A DNA stretch of 64,000 bases from the human T2T-CHM13v2.0 reference genome, Homo sapiens, in NCBI RefSeq assembly GCF_009914755.1, contig NC_060931.1; one strand, written 5' to 3'. The notes under the pieces were generated by a model. That model saw nothing but the letters and a program-made list of their open reading frames with translations, did no database searches and was not told the DNA's origin. This document shows, one piece after another, positions 30,030-45,000 of this stretch; within the stretch, counting starts at the first letter, position 1; the number at the start of each line of letters is the position of its first letter. Made by a program: the position numbers and the translations under genes.

Positions 30030-31325
30030 GAAACTTGGTTTTTAATGCCATTCCTCACCAAAAAGAATCATGGCTTCTGGAGAAATGGCTAGCTTCAGGG
30101 CTAGATAGAGAAGGTACACAATTATCCTGGAGCACCTTGCTATGCCAAAAAGTAAGGAAATGCTCAAAAATGATTTTTTAAAACCTATCACAAAGACTTA
30201 GAATTATAAACCACCAGTAAAAAAATTTTCTAATAAAAAGTAGAAGGAAATGAGGAAGAAGGGATGACTGGTAGAGCAGGATGCTGAAGACTGACTAGTA
30301 AATGAAGAGGAAATACTGGCACTGGTACATCATCATTTTGCAACCATGACAATAAAGCCTGGTCCAGGCAAGAATTATTAGTAGATGCTAAATCAAGAAG
30401 AGAAATTTACATGCACGGTCTCTGAGTATCTCCCCATGGATTGCTCATTAATAGCAAGGGGATAAGTAGTAACTAAAAAATAGAGAAACTAGACAGTACC
30501 TTGACCAGATAAATACTGAGAGCTTCCAGATGCGATGCCTGGAAAAGGAAAATCATTTATATAATATCCTGGCTAGGAATGCAAAATCTGAACTTAACTC
30601 ATGAGAAAACATCAAACAGACCTCAAATGAGAAGCATTCTATTAAAAAAAGAAAGAAAAAAAAAAAAAGAAAGAGCAAGGGCGCTGTATTCTTCAAATAT
30701 ATCAGTGTTATAAAAGACAAAAAAGCAAGCTGAAGAATTGTTATAGATTAAAGATTAAAAGAGATTAAAGAGACCTGAAAACCAAGTACAATACACGGCT
30801 CCATGCTGGATCCTGTACTGGAGAGAAACAAAAAGCAAATGTTTATAAACTACATTACTAGGTACACTGACAAAATTCAAATATGAATGGTAAGTTAGGT
30901 AATGGCAATATATTAATGTTAAATTTACTGACACTGGATATTATACTGTGATTATATAAATAAAATGCCTTAATCTTAGGAAATTGCATTGCGATATTTA
31001 GAGGTAAAGGAAGGCAATAATATCTGAAACTTTCGGAAGATTCTAAAAAAAGAAGAATATATACATATATTCATTCTCTCTATACATATGCATTCTCTCT
31101 ATATATTATTTCATAAATACATTCATTGTCTCTGTATATATGTATACACACACGTATATATGTGGAGAGGAGAGACAGGGAGAGAGATCACATGATAAAA
31201 CCAATGGGACAAAATACTAGCATGTTAACACTTGCTAAGTCCTAGCTTTAGAAGAATATAGGTATTCTTTGTACCATCTTTGCAACTTTGATGTAAGTTT
31301 AAAATCATTTCCAAATACAAAGCTT
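30030..31325 (+). mobile_element. L1MC4/5-like 3' region
   Basis: ggcttctggagaaatggct...tcctggagcaccttgctatgccaaaaagtaaggaaatgctcaaaa...ggatcctgtactgg...ttctttgtaccatctttgcaactt...tttccaaatacaaag. Confidence 0.82.
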
Positions 31326-31844
31326 GAGGGGAAAAAAAGCAGGCAAAAGATAAACACAAAATTCAGGTACTGTGAGAGAGAGGAATAGGAGAGAGGAGGA
31401 ACGCACAGAAGAATATGCTGACAGTGTTCTCGGTGACACTTGTGGCTGTTCCTCTTATTGTTATGCTTTATAACTACCTACATGCTACATATATTCCTGT
31501 GTGGGTAAAATATTACGTTAGGAAATATTACATCAGAAAGAAGAATAAAGAAAAAAATAATGTTCTGTAAATTGTTTTAATAATTTCTTCAAAACTACAA
31601 TAAGAATACGAAGAGCCCTCACAATGCAAGCACAAAAGGACATACGCTAATAGGTATTTCCGGAGTAACAATCATTAATTTGTTTTTATTCCTACTGGGT
31701 TAAAAGCATAATACTATATTTAGGTCCAGTTAGTTAGTTACCTTCATTCTTCCTCAATTTGGTAGTACTTGTTTCTCTCAGCAAAAAGGCTTTTTTTTTT
31801 TTAACACAACATGTAGTACAGTTAACAAGAGTTAATACACAGAA

Positions 31845-32100
31845 TTATAGCTAACATTTATTGCTTACTAAATGCCAGGCACTATGCTAATAAGTACTTG
31901 ATATTCATTATATCTTTCAATTTTCACAGTTACTTGAGCAATATATATCCTATTATTTTCCCTCTTTTCGCATGGGGAAAAAACAGAAATAGAAAGGTTA
32001 AGTAACCTGTCCAAAGCCACACAGCTAGTGTGAGTCCAAATTTGAACCCAGAGACTCTCATTCTAGACCTCATACTTGTAAACAACATGCTCCACTGCAC
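31845..32100 (-). mobile_element. MIR
   Basis: gctaacatttattgcttactaaatgccaggcactatgcta...aaggttaagtaacctgtccaaagccacacagctagt...atttgaacccag. Confidence 0.85.
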
Positions 32101-32507
32101 TTGAACCTGAGATTCTGATCTCAAATAGTTCTTACATTGAAAACAGAGGTAAAATGCCCATATAGTACTTTAAAACCAGTGGATAAGCAATAGATGATAG
32201 CTATTATTTCCATTCACTGAGCAACAAACGCTGTACATAAAATAAAGACTATCTTAGATTTGAATTCTCCTCTTCGTTTTTCCTTTTGACCACTCATTAA
32301 AAAAAGGAAAAGGTATTATTAAGTAATTAAGATGCCACCAGAGACAAAAGGATAGAAAAACTTTTAAAATATTCTCAATCTATACACACTAGATAATCCA
32401 CATTTTATAAATATTGAATATGCTTATATGGAAAATGCTGGTTATATTGGATATAGGAAAAAAGAGTTTTCCAGCACAATAGAATTATCAGGTGTATTAA
32501 GTGGATA

Positions 32508-33031
32508 TGTCATTTTACGGCAGCCCAGCATCCAGCCCTTTTCCTGACATCACCCCTACTTCTTTTGGGGGAATTTTCTCTACTATGCAGTCCTGGTGGA
32601 AGCATAAATCCAAATACATGTTCTCCATTATGGAAACCAAAGATGTCTTTTAAAGGCTACTTCCAGAAAACTCTCTGCTCAGTCCAATGGTATAGGGAAG
32701 TGAACATATAACCCAAGTTCAGTCAGTCAGACACATTCTCTCAAGACTTAGTGTATTAAGCAGAATCAATGCACATACCAAAGACGTGGTTAGAGTTTAT
32801 TTACGCCAGCAACACAGCCTAACATTTTTGTTGCTGTTGTTCCTGAAAGTTCTTGCTACCAAGACCTTCCAGATCTGCCTAATTCTTATCTGTTTCAAGC
32901 ATAACTCTTTAGTCTCCCTTCAATCCTGTGAGCTTTTCCCATCCCAGATACCAGATATGTCTAACAAACTCCTTTTTTGCTTTTAAGTCAATCTGTTTCC
33001 TTTACTGGCAACAAGAGTAACAACAACGACA
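32508..33031 (+). mobile_element. Old MLT1 (K/L-like) LTR
   Basis: cagcccagcatccagccctt...acatataacccaagttcagtc...cctgtgagc...aacaaactccttttttgc...ggcaacaagag. Confidence 0.6.
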
Positions 33032-36000
33032 AATCTGTAAAATAAAATATAAAAGCATAAGGGGATAAAATTATATAATCTTATTTAGCAGTTCTTTGGG
33101 TGACTTTTATTCTTTTCCAATGGTTTAGTATACTGGAAAAAGTACTGGCCAAAGTATTTAAAGAGCTAAAATCTAGTCCAGGCTTTCCATCAGCTGGCTT
33201 CAACATCTGAAGTGTGAATTCATTCTGGTCCTCATTTTTTTTAAATATGTAAAGGAAAATGGTTTGAACTTCAAGTTTTGTTATATTCATAAAATATTAT
33301 GTTTTATAGAAAGGACCAAAGATTTCAATGACAATACCAATAATACAGACCTTCTTTTAAGAAATTAGCACATGAATGACTGTTACAGTATTTCCTATTC
33401 TTTTTTAATAATATTGTTTTCATAGAAATAAAATGTTACAGTAGTTTTTCAATGACAAACAGGAATCAAATACTTTCAGACCATTTCCCTAAAGGGATGA
33501 CATTACATATCTTAGAAGATTTAGTGGTAAGAAAAAAATTGGTTTGAAATATTACTCTCAGTAAATAGCATTACGTTTGTAAGATCTACAGGCAAAACAA
33601 TGCATCTTCTATAGGTTTTTACATTTTGTAATACCACAACATTCTCCTGAAATGTAATTCCCTTCATGTTTTCAAATGTTTTGCTACAGTTGTATAAAAT
33701 TCATTGGTATAATTACTAAGGAATATATTCATAATAGTACTAGGATTTCAATTTTCATGAAAGGGCTAAAATTACTCGTGTCAAAGTCAGGCAAAATTTT
33801 GCAAACTGGCATTAATCATGGATTGGTGAGAGTCTAAAAAGCCAGTAGGAAATCATAGAATAAGGTCAGAAGGAGTTTTAATGTTGAAACCAATATATCA
33901 ATAGAAAAGTATTGCTATCAATTCTTTAAAAATTAAAAAACAAAGCCATTTTCAAAAGCCAATCAAGATTAACATCATTAAATCACATCTCCAAGAATAA
34001 TAATTATTTAATTTTAACACTTATCAAGCATTAACTGTATGCTTGATTTAAAAAGCAATGAGACTTTGTTCTTCTCATAAAAGTTTTATCTCCCTAGACC
34101 TAGGCTTAGATATACTATTTGTTACCACCTCTCACAGCAATTCAAAACACAGAACAACTATCATGGCAGTCATTATGCTAAATTCTAGATGGTAAAGAGG
34201 AAGATGAATTAGTCCTTGGTCTTAAGCACTCACCGCCATGAAATCAACTCAATATAATGTGATCCATGCTAGAAAACAATGGTATTTAGTATAATCTGTT
34301 AAGGAAGCAATTAATTCTGTTTAGGGACAGAGGAAAACCTATAAAGAAAAGGTGACATATTAAAATTTTATAAAAAATATCAAAAACTCTTATCCAGACA
34401 AAGGACTTCATTGTCGGTCAGATCTGAGTTTAAACCCCAACTCTAACCTGTGTTGTCATGTGAAACTGAGCAAGTTGTTTGGAAACCTAGAATCTAGGCC
34501 TAGTTCTGCTGCTCTTAAACCATGCCCTCAGGCAACATTTAACATCTCTCAGCCCCAATTTCAATGGAGAGAGTCAGTGAGTCATTCTCTATGATCCTTA
34601 ATTTCCCCTCCAGTAATAACATGAATCTACACCTTATAGTAAATTAGAGAAATTCCTATTGATATTGAATGTGTTCATTTAGCAAATACCTCTAGAATAT
34701 CCAACTAAGTACTACTGGGCTTAGCAAGTGGAATACATCATTGAACAAAATAAGCAAAAATCTCTGTTTTCAGGGAGATTACACAGAAAACGTCTATGGA
34801 AAAACTTTTAAAATACTTTATTGCACCCTTGTTCAAACGTAACTTCCCTGTGCAGTTGACATAGACGTTAAAAATAGTTAACACTTGAAAATTTCCAAAT
34901 AACCATAAATATTAACACAGAGAAAGAAATCTAGATAGTGATGAAGCATAATTAGTAGCACTACCATCAAAATCCCGTTTCTCTAAATTCACACTGAGTC
35001 AGTGAGCTTTAGTGGCTTGACAAAAAGGCAGCATGTTAACGAGATTCCCCTAAACCAGTTTAGTATATAGCCATATTTTTTTTCTCATTTAAATTATTCC
35101 ATAGTTTCTTAAGAACTATGATACAACCAGGTAAGTTTTATTTAAAGATAAATAAAATCTGCACATGGTGAGAAAATATTAACACAAAAACCTATTATCT
35201 CACTTCTTTTTCAGACATTCCACTTCCATACCTGGTGTTTTTCAGCCTCATTTTAGGCTATTTTATTATATAAGATTTTTATTTGAGTTATATATCATCA
35301 CTGTTTGAAAACTGATTTATTATTCAATAGTCAAGTGCAAGACATCCATTCTTAGGCATCTCCAAAGCAGAAACACAGTCAGAGTATGCCAGGTGATGGA
35401 GGGGCTACAGAAAGGATACATGATGAGGTAAGGAAGAACAGAATATAGCTGCCCTCAAAATACATAGCAACTTGAGGAGAGTCGTGGCAAGTCTTACAAT
35501 CTTCCATGCTTGGACTCTTCTTCACTAATCTACTAATTTCTCTGTACGACTTTTCCCATTCTCTCGTGGTGATGTCTTCTTCATGGCTGCTACAGTATCC
35601 TAGATTCTGCAGCCTGCCTTCTCTCAAAATGTCTGCATACTTTTGCATCTTTCTATTAATTGCATCCCTTTCTTAGAAAAGAAGATCTTACTGGGGTTGT
35701 GGTGACTTTCCAGTATGGACTATAAAGTCCTCTTGTTCAGCCCCCTTAATGGCTGTGTGCTTTTGACTGCCTTTGGATAATGGGGTCACAAGATTTTTAA
35801 AAAACAAAATCTTGTTAGCATATGCCTAAGGCATCCATCAAAAGAGGACTATAGCATAGGAGTACCAGAAAGTTTCTAAGAAAGACATGCAAGTACTTTC
35901 TGTGGACTGTTCACCATGTAACGATACAGTATCACCATAGAGACTGTATGTACAGAGACTGAACTTAAAAGTCACTCCCACAATGTTAAGGCATTGCATT

Positions 36001-36462
36001 AAAGGCACAAAAGTAAAGTAAACACTGGCAAATATATATAGCATATACTAAAAATTTAAAATTCTAAAAGGTGTGAAGAGGTGGGTGTAGTCATATGTTT
36101 ATGTAATTTAAATAGGCTCAGCTTAGGCAACTATTCTTTGAAGCAAAACAAAACAAACATACAAATAAAATATTGTGAAAACACTGTTTTTAAAGCTGAG
36201 CTGGTCAGCATCAAACACGCACTTCAAAGTAGTGAGTCTTAAGTTTCATAACTGGTATTCTTCAAACTGTGAAACTCAGAATATATTGACAAATGGCCAC
36301 AATTTTGGGTAAGAGAACAATCACCTTGACAAACATTTTCCAAAGTTTCAGTATTCCAATTTTGTCAAGGAGAAACAGCCAGGATTACACAACTGCCAGT
36401 CTGAGGTTCTGTGCCAACATCATGCATAAAAATTGCAAGCAATGACCAAACAAAATATAAAA

Positions 36463-36615
36463 TACAAAGGACAAATGCTTGAGGAAATGGATACCCCATT
36501 TTATATGATGTGATTATTATACATTGCATACCCGTATCAAAACATCTCATGTATCCCATAAATATATACACTTACTATATATCCACAAAAATTAAAATAA
36601 AAAATTTGAAAAAAA
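36463..36615 (+). mobile_element. L1MA (MA2/3-like) extreme 3' end
   Basis: aaatgcttgaggaaatggataccccatttt...gtatcaaaacatctcatgtatcccataaatatatacac...ccacaaaaattaaaataaaaaa. Confidence 0.9.
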
Positions 36616-39600
36616 TACAAAACACAACAAAGAAAACTTTGGAATAATACTTCCTTTAAGCTGAATACTTCTATAAAATACTGGAGCCACATGAAAGAAA
36701 AGAATACGTATCTCTTGTTCTCCTTCCTTCTGTCAGTGGGCACATGATAAATATTCCTTCACCCTCCACCTGCCACCCACCAGATCCCACTGGCTACTAT
36801 CACACAACCACAAAATGAGCCACCTTACAAGGAAGCAGATACCAAGGAAGGCAGAGAAGAGAGATGGAGCTGACTGCCTGTAAACATTCAAATGATCACT
36901 TGACTTTGTCACTTCTTCTGATGAGTTCTGTTCTTTTTTTTTTAACATAAGCAAATTCTGTTTCATAAAATAAAGGAAATGATGAGCATGGTACAGGATG
37001 GCAGATAAGAAAGGGTATTTAATCTATCTCTTTCCCTCCTAGTCTACCCAAAAGGCCATGAACATAATGTATGAGCAAGGATGATAAGAAACACTAGTTT
37101 TGCACTAGCAAAACAAAACAGGGACAGAATAATATGAGCAGTCATAATTCCTCATCAGTTTCATTTTTCTATTTCAAGTGCTGTAGATCATTGATCATGT
37201 TCTTGCAAATACCCATAAAGTCTACACATTGAAGATGAACAATTAGGGTAAAAGTGAACATAAAACATTGATGTAATCTGTTCTGTTACCCACTGGAGGA
37301 AGGAACCTATAAAATTATCCAAAGTTTTAATTACGGAGGATTAAGAGACTTGCCCCTACAATATCTTCCAATGTTTTCATTATTGAGGATTAAGAAACTT
37401 TCCCCAAAACACTTTAAAGTAGCATTAAGTGGTGAAAAAAAAAAAACTGTAGAGAGAAAGAGATCACATGCCTCCCACAGGGTAGTTGTTAAATGAGTAT
37501 TTCTTAAATTTAACTGAAAATATATAAAAGGAAAGAAAAAAATAAGTTTTCTATGAAAAGGAAAAAGAATTCGAGATGATCAAAAAGGTTAACATACTGG
37601 AAGACAGTGTGGCATCTGAGGAATAAAGGTTGGTATCATCTACTGGGCAGAATTGTTTTGAAAACTGGATGAGATGTTTGCAAATATACTCAGCAAATGT
37701 CACACAGTAAATACATTGAAATTGAGAAAAAACACTGAATAAAAGAGAGAAACCTGCTTTTCACTGCTACTAAGTAAGGTGAAGTGGAAAAGAGGCCATG
37801 CAGTTAGGATCCTCTTTCTTGGTCCTTTCATGATCCAGGAGCTGCTGCTTGTAAAGCTGCTCTGGGGCAGACATTTCAATTTGTCTGTTTTCTTGACAAC
37901 TTCAGTTATAAGCTTTGCTAATGTTTATAAGTTCCCATTGGAGAAAAATTGGTTAGTGAGGATTATGAACTGAAGGAAAATGCCTTCAAGGATGGGTTGG
38001 TAAGATTAGGATAAATTCTAATATTATACAAAAATAGTAAGATTATACTCTACATATTTTATACCAAATTTATTTCTCCTGTGCTGAGTACAGTAACTCA
38101 TAAATCCCACTCACTCTGTCCCCAAGCATGAATGAAGAACACGAGAAAATACATCAGGGATTTAAATGAATGCATTTTTAAGTTAAGGAACTCATATTTG
38201 ACAAGAATGGCTTATGTTTTAGGAAATACTATTTTGAATCAAATCGAAGTTGAGGTGGGTTTTTTTCCCCTACTTTTTTAATCGTGGAGGAAAAAAAAAG
38301 CCAAACATCAATTTCTAATGGTAGGTTTGCTCTGACCCTTCCCATTTTACTCTGCAGCAAAGACCTCATTCAGTTCCTGAAAAAAGCCAAGCCTTCATCA
38401 TGGTCACTTCAGATTATATAATGGGAGCTGCTCTGAACTATCCAAGCACAAAGCAGGTCTCCAAAAATTGCTCACATGCTAAAGCTTGATATTGTCATGT
38501 GTCTATAAATGCATACTGAATAATGTAAATTGGTAACCTGCTGACAATGCATTTGCATAAATCAAGTCAATATTCATGTAATAAAATCACCACTGAGCCT
38601 TTTATCTTTCCTAGTACTGATCATTCTGTAGCTAGTAAAGTCCTAGACTAGGCTGGTAACTTAAAGTTAATGAATGGAAAGACTGGCATCCTAGAAGAAC
38701 AACTAAGAAAAACCTAATAGAACTTAGTGATGAGAAGCTAGTTCTCAAGAGGAAAAAAACCAAAATTAGGAAAAAGAAAATGACAAGACTCAACAATTCC
38801 ACAAAGTGAGCTTTTCAAAGTCCATTCTTTCTCCCACATTATTATTGTCCTTATGTCTAACAAGTACTCTGATGAACAACATATCATAAGGCTCCTTGCA
38901 TTTTTCACAGTATAAAGGGGAAAAAGCCATATAGCTCTTACAAAGTTAAACCCAAAAGACAGTCAGACCCTGAGAGTCAAACAAGTAAAATGGCTTTGGC
39001 CTTAAATCAAAAGCTAATAGGGCCTGACCACATAAGTCTGACCCTTTAATAGTATTCTCTCCTAGCTTGGCAACCCAAGTGAGAAAACAAAGTGTTGAGG
39101 TTATCTAAGCCTGTGTGAAGACACTGGATGCTGCATTCAATGTTAGCTACAGCTATCACATTGCTGAGGGAAAGTTACATTAAATCAGGGAAAAAACTAT
39201 TGTCACTAAGTCTAGACTTTTGTTTTCAGAGACAAGAAAATGTGAAATTTAAGCATCAAATATGATATCACGATGTATCAAGAAGACTTGAATATTTTTG
39301 GTAAATATTTACAGTTCCTACCACAGTTTTAGCTCCTTCATAGCGGGGGGTCTTATACTTTAGTGTTGTCTCCCACTATTTAGGAGGTGCTCAGAAAGAG
39401 AGTCTTCACTGATTATTAACTCAGCAGAACTCTCAGGATGTAAACTATAGACTAAAAGTACTCACACACTGATGCCGTATTTGCCAAACATTAAAAGGAA
39501 CAGGCTTGTTGAGTGTTGCTACAAAGAGTAGAGGCAGGTCAAAAGACAAAAACTACCAGGAAACAGATGAAAAGCCATCTAAAGTAATAATAATAGTAGT

Positions 39601-39846
39601 CTTATGAGACAGTAAAATATCTGCCACCAAAAAAAAAAGTGGTTTTTAATCCAATCCACTTGCTTAAATTATGATGTCAAGGTCTGGTACTCAACTGGCT
39701 CGTTCATAATATCTGAGTGAAGCCTGGAAATGTGCATTTTCAACAAACACAGTTCTCATGTAGGTAGAAAACAACATGTAATCCTGGCTAAGCAACTGTA
39801 CCTTAGCAAACCTGTGAACAGATTTCCTGAGTTTGGTAAAAGCGAC

Positions 39847-40137
39847 TTTTTTTTTTCAAGATGGAGTCTTGCTCTTTCACCCAGGATGGAGTGCAGTGGT
39901 GCCAACTCAGCTCACTGCAACCTCCACTTCCCGGGTCAAGCAATTCTCCTGCCTCAGCCTCCCGAGTAGCTAGGATTACAGGTGTGCGCCACCATGCCTG
40001 ACTAGTTTTATATTTCTAGTAGAGATGGGGATTCACCATGTTGGCCAGGCTCATCTTGAACTCTTCACCTCAAGTGATTCATCTGCCTTGGCCTCCCAAA
40101 GTGCTAGGCTTACAGGCATGAGCCACCAGGCCCGGCC
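39847..40137 (-). mobile_element. AluS (Sx/Sz-like)
   Basis: Reverse full-length Alu; TSD aaaag(c/t)gac. Confidence 0.95.
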
Positions 40138-40304
40138 AAAAGTGACATTTTTGAACTGAGGGTCATGTGAAATTTAAGTCTTTGTCTCTATGAGATTATG
40201 TAGTTGGGTAAAATAAAGTAACAACCAGAGCAAAAACAATAACAATAGTAATACAAGAAACCTAAAAACATATATTACTTGAGACATGTTATAGTACCAT
40301 TTTT

Positions 40305-40480
40305 AAAGAACTCAGGCTCTGGATTTAAAATGACCTGGATTCAAATCCTACACAATTTACTAGCTCTGTGACCTTGAACAAATAACTTACCTTCTCTCAG
40401 TCCCAATTTCTTACAACAGTTAGCTAACAGAGAAATTATGTAGAGTAACACTGTGTTACATAACGCACACTCAAAATTAT
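40305..40480 (+). mobile_element. MIR
   Basis: caggctctggat...cctggattcaaatcc...tttactagctctgtgaccttgaacaaataactta. Confidence 0.75.
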
Positions 40481-40589
40481 AAACAATGAAGAGTAATGGT
40501 ACAAATATCTAAACAAATCTGACAAGTTTTTTGGTAAAAAAAATAAATTCCAAAAGTAAAAAAGCCCCATAATCTCATTAACTTAAAAT

Positions 40590-41395
40590 ACATATGTGGC
40601 CAATAAACACATAAAAAGATGTTCCACATCATTAGTTATCAGGGAAATGCAAATCAAAACCACGAGATACTACCTCACATCTACTAGGATGGCTACAATC
40701 AAAGAAATAGATAATAACAGTGTTGATGAAGATACGGAGGAAGTGAACCCCATACACTGCTGGTGAGAATGTGAAATGGAGCAGCAGCTTCCGAAAACAG
40801 TTTGGCATTTCCTCAAATGCTTAAACACAGAGTTACCATATAATCCATCAATTCTACTCCTAGCTATATATATATGAGAATTGAAAACAGTTATTCAAAA
40901 ATTTGCAAACAAATGTTCATAAAAGCATTATTCATAATAGCTAAAAGGTGGAAACAATCTAAATGTTCATCAACTGATGACTGGACACATAAAATGGGGT
41001 CTATCCATACAGTGAATATTATTAAGACATAAAAGGGAATAAAAAGTAGTGATACATACAACATGATGAACCTTGAAGACATCATGCTAAGTGAAAGAAG
41101 TCGGTCACAAAGAACCACATATCATGTAATTCCATTTATATGAAATGTTCAGAATAGGAAAATCTATAGAGACATAAAGCATATTAGTGGTTGCTAGGGA
41201 CAGAGTGAATGGAGGTGGCATGGTGGTGACAGCTAAGGGATGTGGGGTTTTCTTTGAGGGTAATACAAATGTTCTAAAATTATTCTGATGAATGTACAAC
41301 TCTGTGAATATACTAGAAGTCATTGAATTGTATACTTCAAATGGGTGAATCATATGGTATATGAATTAAATTTCAGTAAAGGTGTTTTTAAAATA
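40590..41395 (+). mobile_element. L1MB (MB7/8-like) ORF2 end and 3' UTR
   Basis: ggccaataaacacataaaaagatgttccacatcattagttatcagggaaatgcaaatcaaaaccac...aaatctatagagacataaag...ttgaattgtatacttcaaatgggtgaat. Confidence 0.92.
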
Positions 41396-41619
41396 AATAT
41401 ATGTAATATATATTTGCACAATAAAAAATATAGTATATATAGTTATTTTCTTCTAATATTGGATTTTCCCCCTAGAAGTAGCTCCTTATCACCAAGTTGT
41501 ATAGGTTTTTCTTAGTCATTCTTCTATAATGTTACTCTTTCCTTTCCATTTCATATGTAAATATATATATGTGTGTATGTGTATGTGTGTATGCGTTCAT
41601 ATATATAAAGAAGGAAAAC

Positions 41620-41766
41620 ATCCCTCTATAGTACAGCTCTATAGTATAGTATCCTTCTATAGTACAGCTCTATAGTATAGTATCCCTCTATACTACAGCT
41701 CTGTAGTATAGCATCCCTCTATAGTACAGCTCTATAGTATAGTATCCCTCTATAATACAGCTCTAT
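41620..41766. repeat. 31-bp minisatellite, ~4.7 copies
   Basis: Unit atccctctatagtacagctctatagtatagt starting at 41620, 41651, 41682, 41713 and 41744 (partial). Confidence 0.97.
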
Positions 41767-41779
41767 GATACTCTTCATG

Positions 41780-42073
41780 CCCAGCACCTGTTCCTGTGGT
41801 AAACTGCTTTTCCCTCCATTCTATGTCATTCTAGTACGGCTGTCAGTCACATGAAATCCCCAAATCCCACTCCTGCCACAGAAACTGCACAGGAATTTCT
41901 GCCAATGAACTGTCTCAGCTGTTTATAGTTCCATGCTTCCAGGGGCCTATTTATTCGGCTTGGCTTTTGATTCTGTGATATAACCACATTTTATCTAATA
42001 AATCCTCTTCTTATTTTGCTTAGATAATCTCTGAGTTTAGGCTGCTTGCAATTACAAAACTCCATTTGATATA
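41780..42073 (+). mobile_element. Old MLT1 LTR fragment
   Basis: cccagcacc...ttctgtgatataacc...ctaataaatcctcttc...ttgcttagata...gctgcttgcaattacaaaac. Confidence 0.55.
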
Positions 42074-45000
42074 TACTCTAAACTGTTTTAATCTCTTCAC
42101 CCGAAGTAATGCTATGAACAATTTGCTGTTAATCCTACCACAGTATTTTCTATGCATATACAACTACACATCCACATATATATCTTATCATAATACTATA
42201 CATAGTATTAATGTACCATAATTGATTTTAGCATCCTTCCATTAATAATTCTAACTTAACTTAGTTTTACTTATTCATTTTTCTTTTAAAATCAAGGGGA
42301 ATACGGAGAATCCATTAAAAAAAATCATGTTAAAATCCAAGAAATATTTATGGAATAGACTTGGTAGCTGAAGATCGTGTTTTTTAACACAACTTTAGAT
42401 AATATAAAAAAAACTGAAATATAATCTCTAATCAATTTTTGTTTACAATGTAGTTTGGCAGGTAATATAGAAAAATTATAAAACAATTATATGTCAGGAT
42501 GTAAGCAAAATTGCATGATAATCATCTTATACCAGTTGAAGCCATGAAAATTCAATTCAATTTTATTAAATGTCAACTGTATAATGTTTTCTGATATGTG
42601 GATTGTATTGGCACTCAAAGGACCACCCAAAAAGTTTATAGCTTAGCATACTTATAATCCAGTTAGTCAACATTTTATAATTGTCACAAATATAAAAATT
42701 GATAAAACTTCCAGCAAATTTAAATATATTTAAGACAAAAATGTTCATGACTTTTATAATAATACTTCACATTTATTAGTACTTACTAAATCTTATTATC
42801 TAAATTATTTTTCAAAGCAATTCTATGAAGCAGGTATTGTTATAATCACCCAAGGGCACCGCTGTAGTTGTAACTGGCAAATCAGAGAACTGAAGTCAAG
42901 TCTTTCTATCTCTAAAATCCCTTTCTTAATCAATATCTGTTATATCAAAATTATTTTAATGACTAAACAGTTGAACTGAAGAGTGTTTATAATATCCAAT
43001 TGCATTCTCACATCAGTATTAACAAAAAAGCTGTTAGCAACAAATCCATTGTCTGAATCAGCTCAAAGACTTATTAAACTTGAGATCTTCTTGTTACATG
43101 ATAAGTTGCAGTATCAATTTCTTCAGCTCTATCATGAAGGTGAATTCAGATTAATTCAAGCCACCTAGCTGACTTGCAGTCTTTACAAACATAAAAACAG
43201 GTTAGTATACTCTCTTAAGGGTGTAGTTATTCTGCATGAGAAACAGGTATACAATTCCATAAGAATACAAGATAATTTGAAACATATAATAACCATGTTG
43301 TTACACAGTAGACCTTCCCATATTTATGCATATTTAATTATAATATTTATTAAAAGGCTAATGAGACCATTTTGAAACACATTTACTGAAAGGCTAATCC
43401 AGTAGTAGAATACAATCTGTTTATCAACTGAAGAACACAATACGTGACATTTGTACACTGTAAGAGAAGACCAGAATTGCCAATAAAATATCATTGAAAA
43501 CTTCAAGTAACCCTTATGGTAAAAAAAAAAAAAAAAAAAGTCCTATTAAAGATAAGAAACATCATGTACAGTATCACTTCCTCTCTCCTACAACATAATT
43601 CAAACTTAAACTGATATGTAAATGAAAATTTATATTCCAGTCAAGGAACGTACCCAATGAGAGTACATAAATTATATATGTATTATGCAAGATAATAGTT
43701 GTTACAGACATTTCATCAAAAGCCATTTTAAAAACTGCAAAATATGTCAAGATGTTTACATGGTGAAATGAAATTTCATAATATGGCACCTTAAAACAAT
43801 CTCACATTAGATTGCTGCACCTCAGAAAAGCACTATTGATATTTCACTGAGCCAAAGAATAATCATAATTCCCTTATCAAGTGAATATAGTGGAAAGGAA
43901 CCAGGCTGAAAGTCAAATAGAAACACCATTTTCTCAAATAATAATATATTATTAATAATGATACATATCTGAAGGCTTAAGTTTCAAGATCCGAAAATTC
44001 CAGAAGTATAAAATGCCACATATTATCAAACTCTAAATAACAAAATTGTCTAACATGTAACTGCCTACTATTTGCTCATCAAGTAAATAAGAACTCATTT
44101 TAAGATTAAGAAAACTAGCAAGTCAGTTCGAGTCTGCAATTTTTAGACGAAATAACATTCATGAACAACTTTATTTTCTAACATTAATAACAGATTTCAT
44201 ACATCCACGTAAGTTTAGGTAAAAATAAAATCCATGTATACATTGCAAGTGGCAACTGTTCTCCATAGCCAATTCAGTATTATGAACTATCTAAATAAAA
44301 ATCAAAAGTAAGTTACTAGAAAATAGTAAAATAGCTCCATCGAAAACTCTTCTGTGCATATTCTGCAACATTAATTAACTTAAAATGATTAAATCACTGC
44401 TAATTTATTTGTCAGGAAAAAATAATATTTTATTATAATATCTAAAAAATTTGAAGGCACTTCACAGTATTACGTCTTTTTGTTAACACCATCCAATGGT
44501 ATATTTATTAGTTGTCATATGAAGGCCCCGCCATGAGAGTTTTTAAACATTTATTAAGAAATACCCTCTATATTCAAAGTTAGATATTTAATATCTTTAA
44601 GGAATCTGAAATAGATTATATATTCATTGACTCCTACAACATGCTTCAGCCAGATAATGATCGTTTGTCAAAATATGAGCAAGCTAATCGTGTGATCCTC
44701 CACACACAGACTGATAACAACACTCAGAATGCAATAGAAGCAAAACTATTCACCTAAATGGACATGAAAGGACTAGTGCTAGGGTTCAGATTTTTTTTCT
44801 TTAAAATTTTAGTCCCTTGAAATTTAACTTCTTGAATTAACATGCAGCTATTGAAAAAGCAGCAGATATGTAACAATATTTTTACTAACAGCTATTCCCT
44901 AGGGTTCCTTAATTATAAGCAGCAGAGGTATGCAAGATGGAAATACCCAATTAGGTTTTCCTGGACCAATTTAGCTTGTCCAGCTATTGAATATTTTCAC

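Noticed and set aside
35379-35680. 89-aa minus-strand ORF (MQKYADILREGRLQ...) with protein-like composition
   Set aside because: No homology recognised, weak AAG acceptor, and the purine-rich minus-strand sequence resembles a decayed L2.
41620-41766. Regularly repeated 31-bp units superficially like a CRISPR array
   Set aside because: Units are contiguous with no unique spacers, the context is eukaryotic and there are no cas genes; it is a minisatellite.
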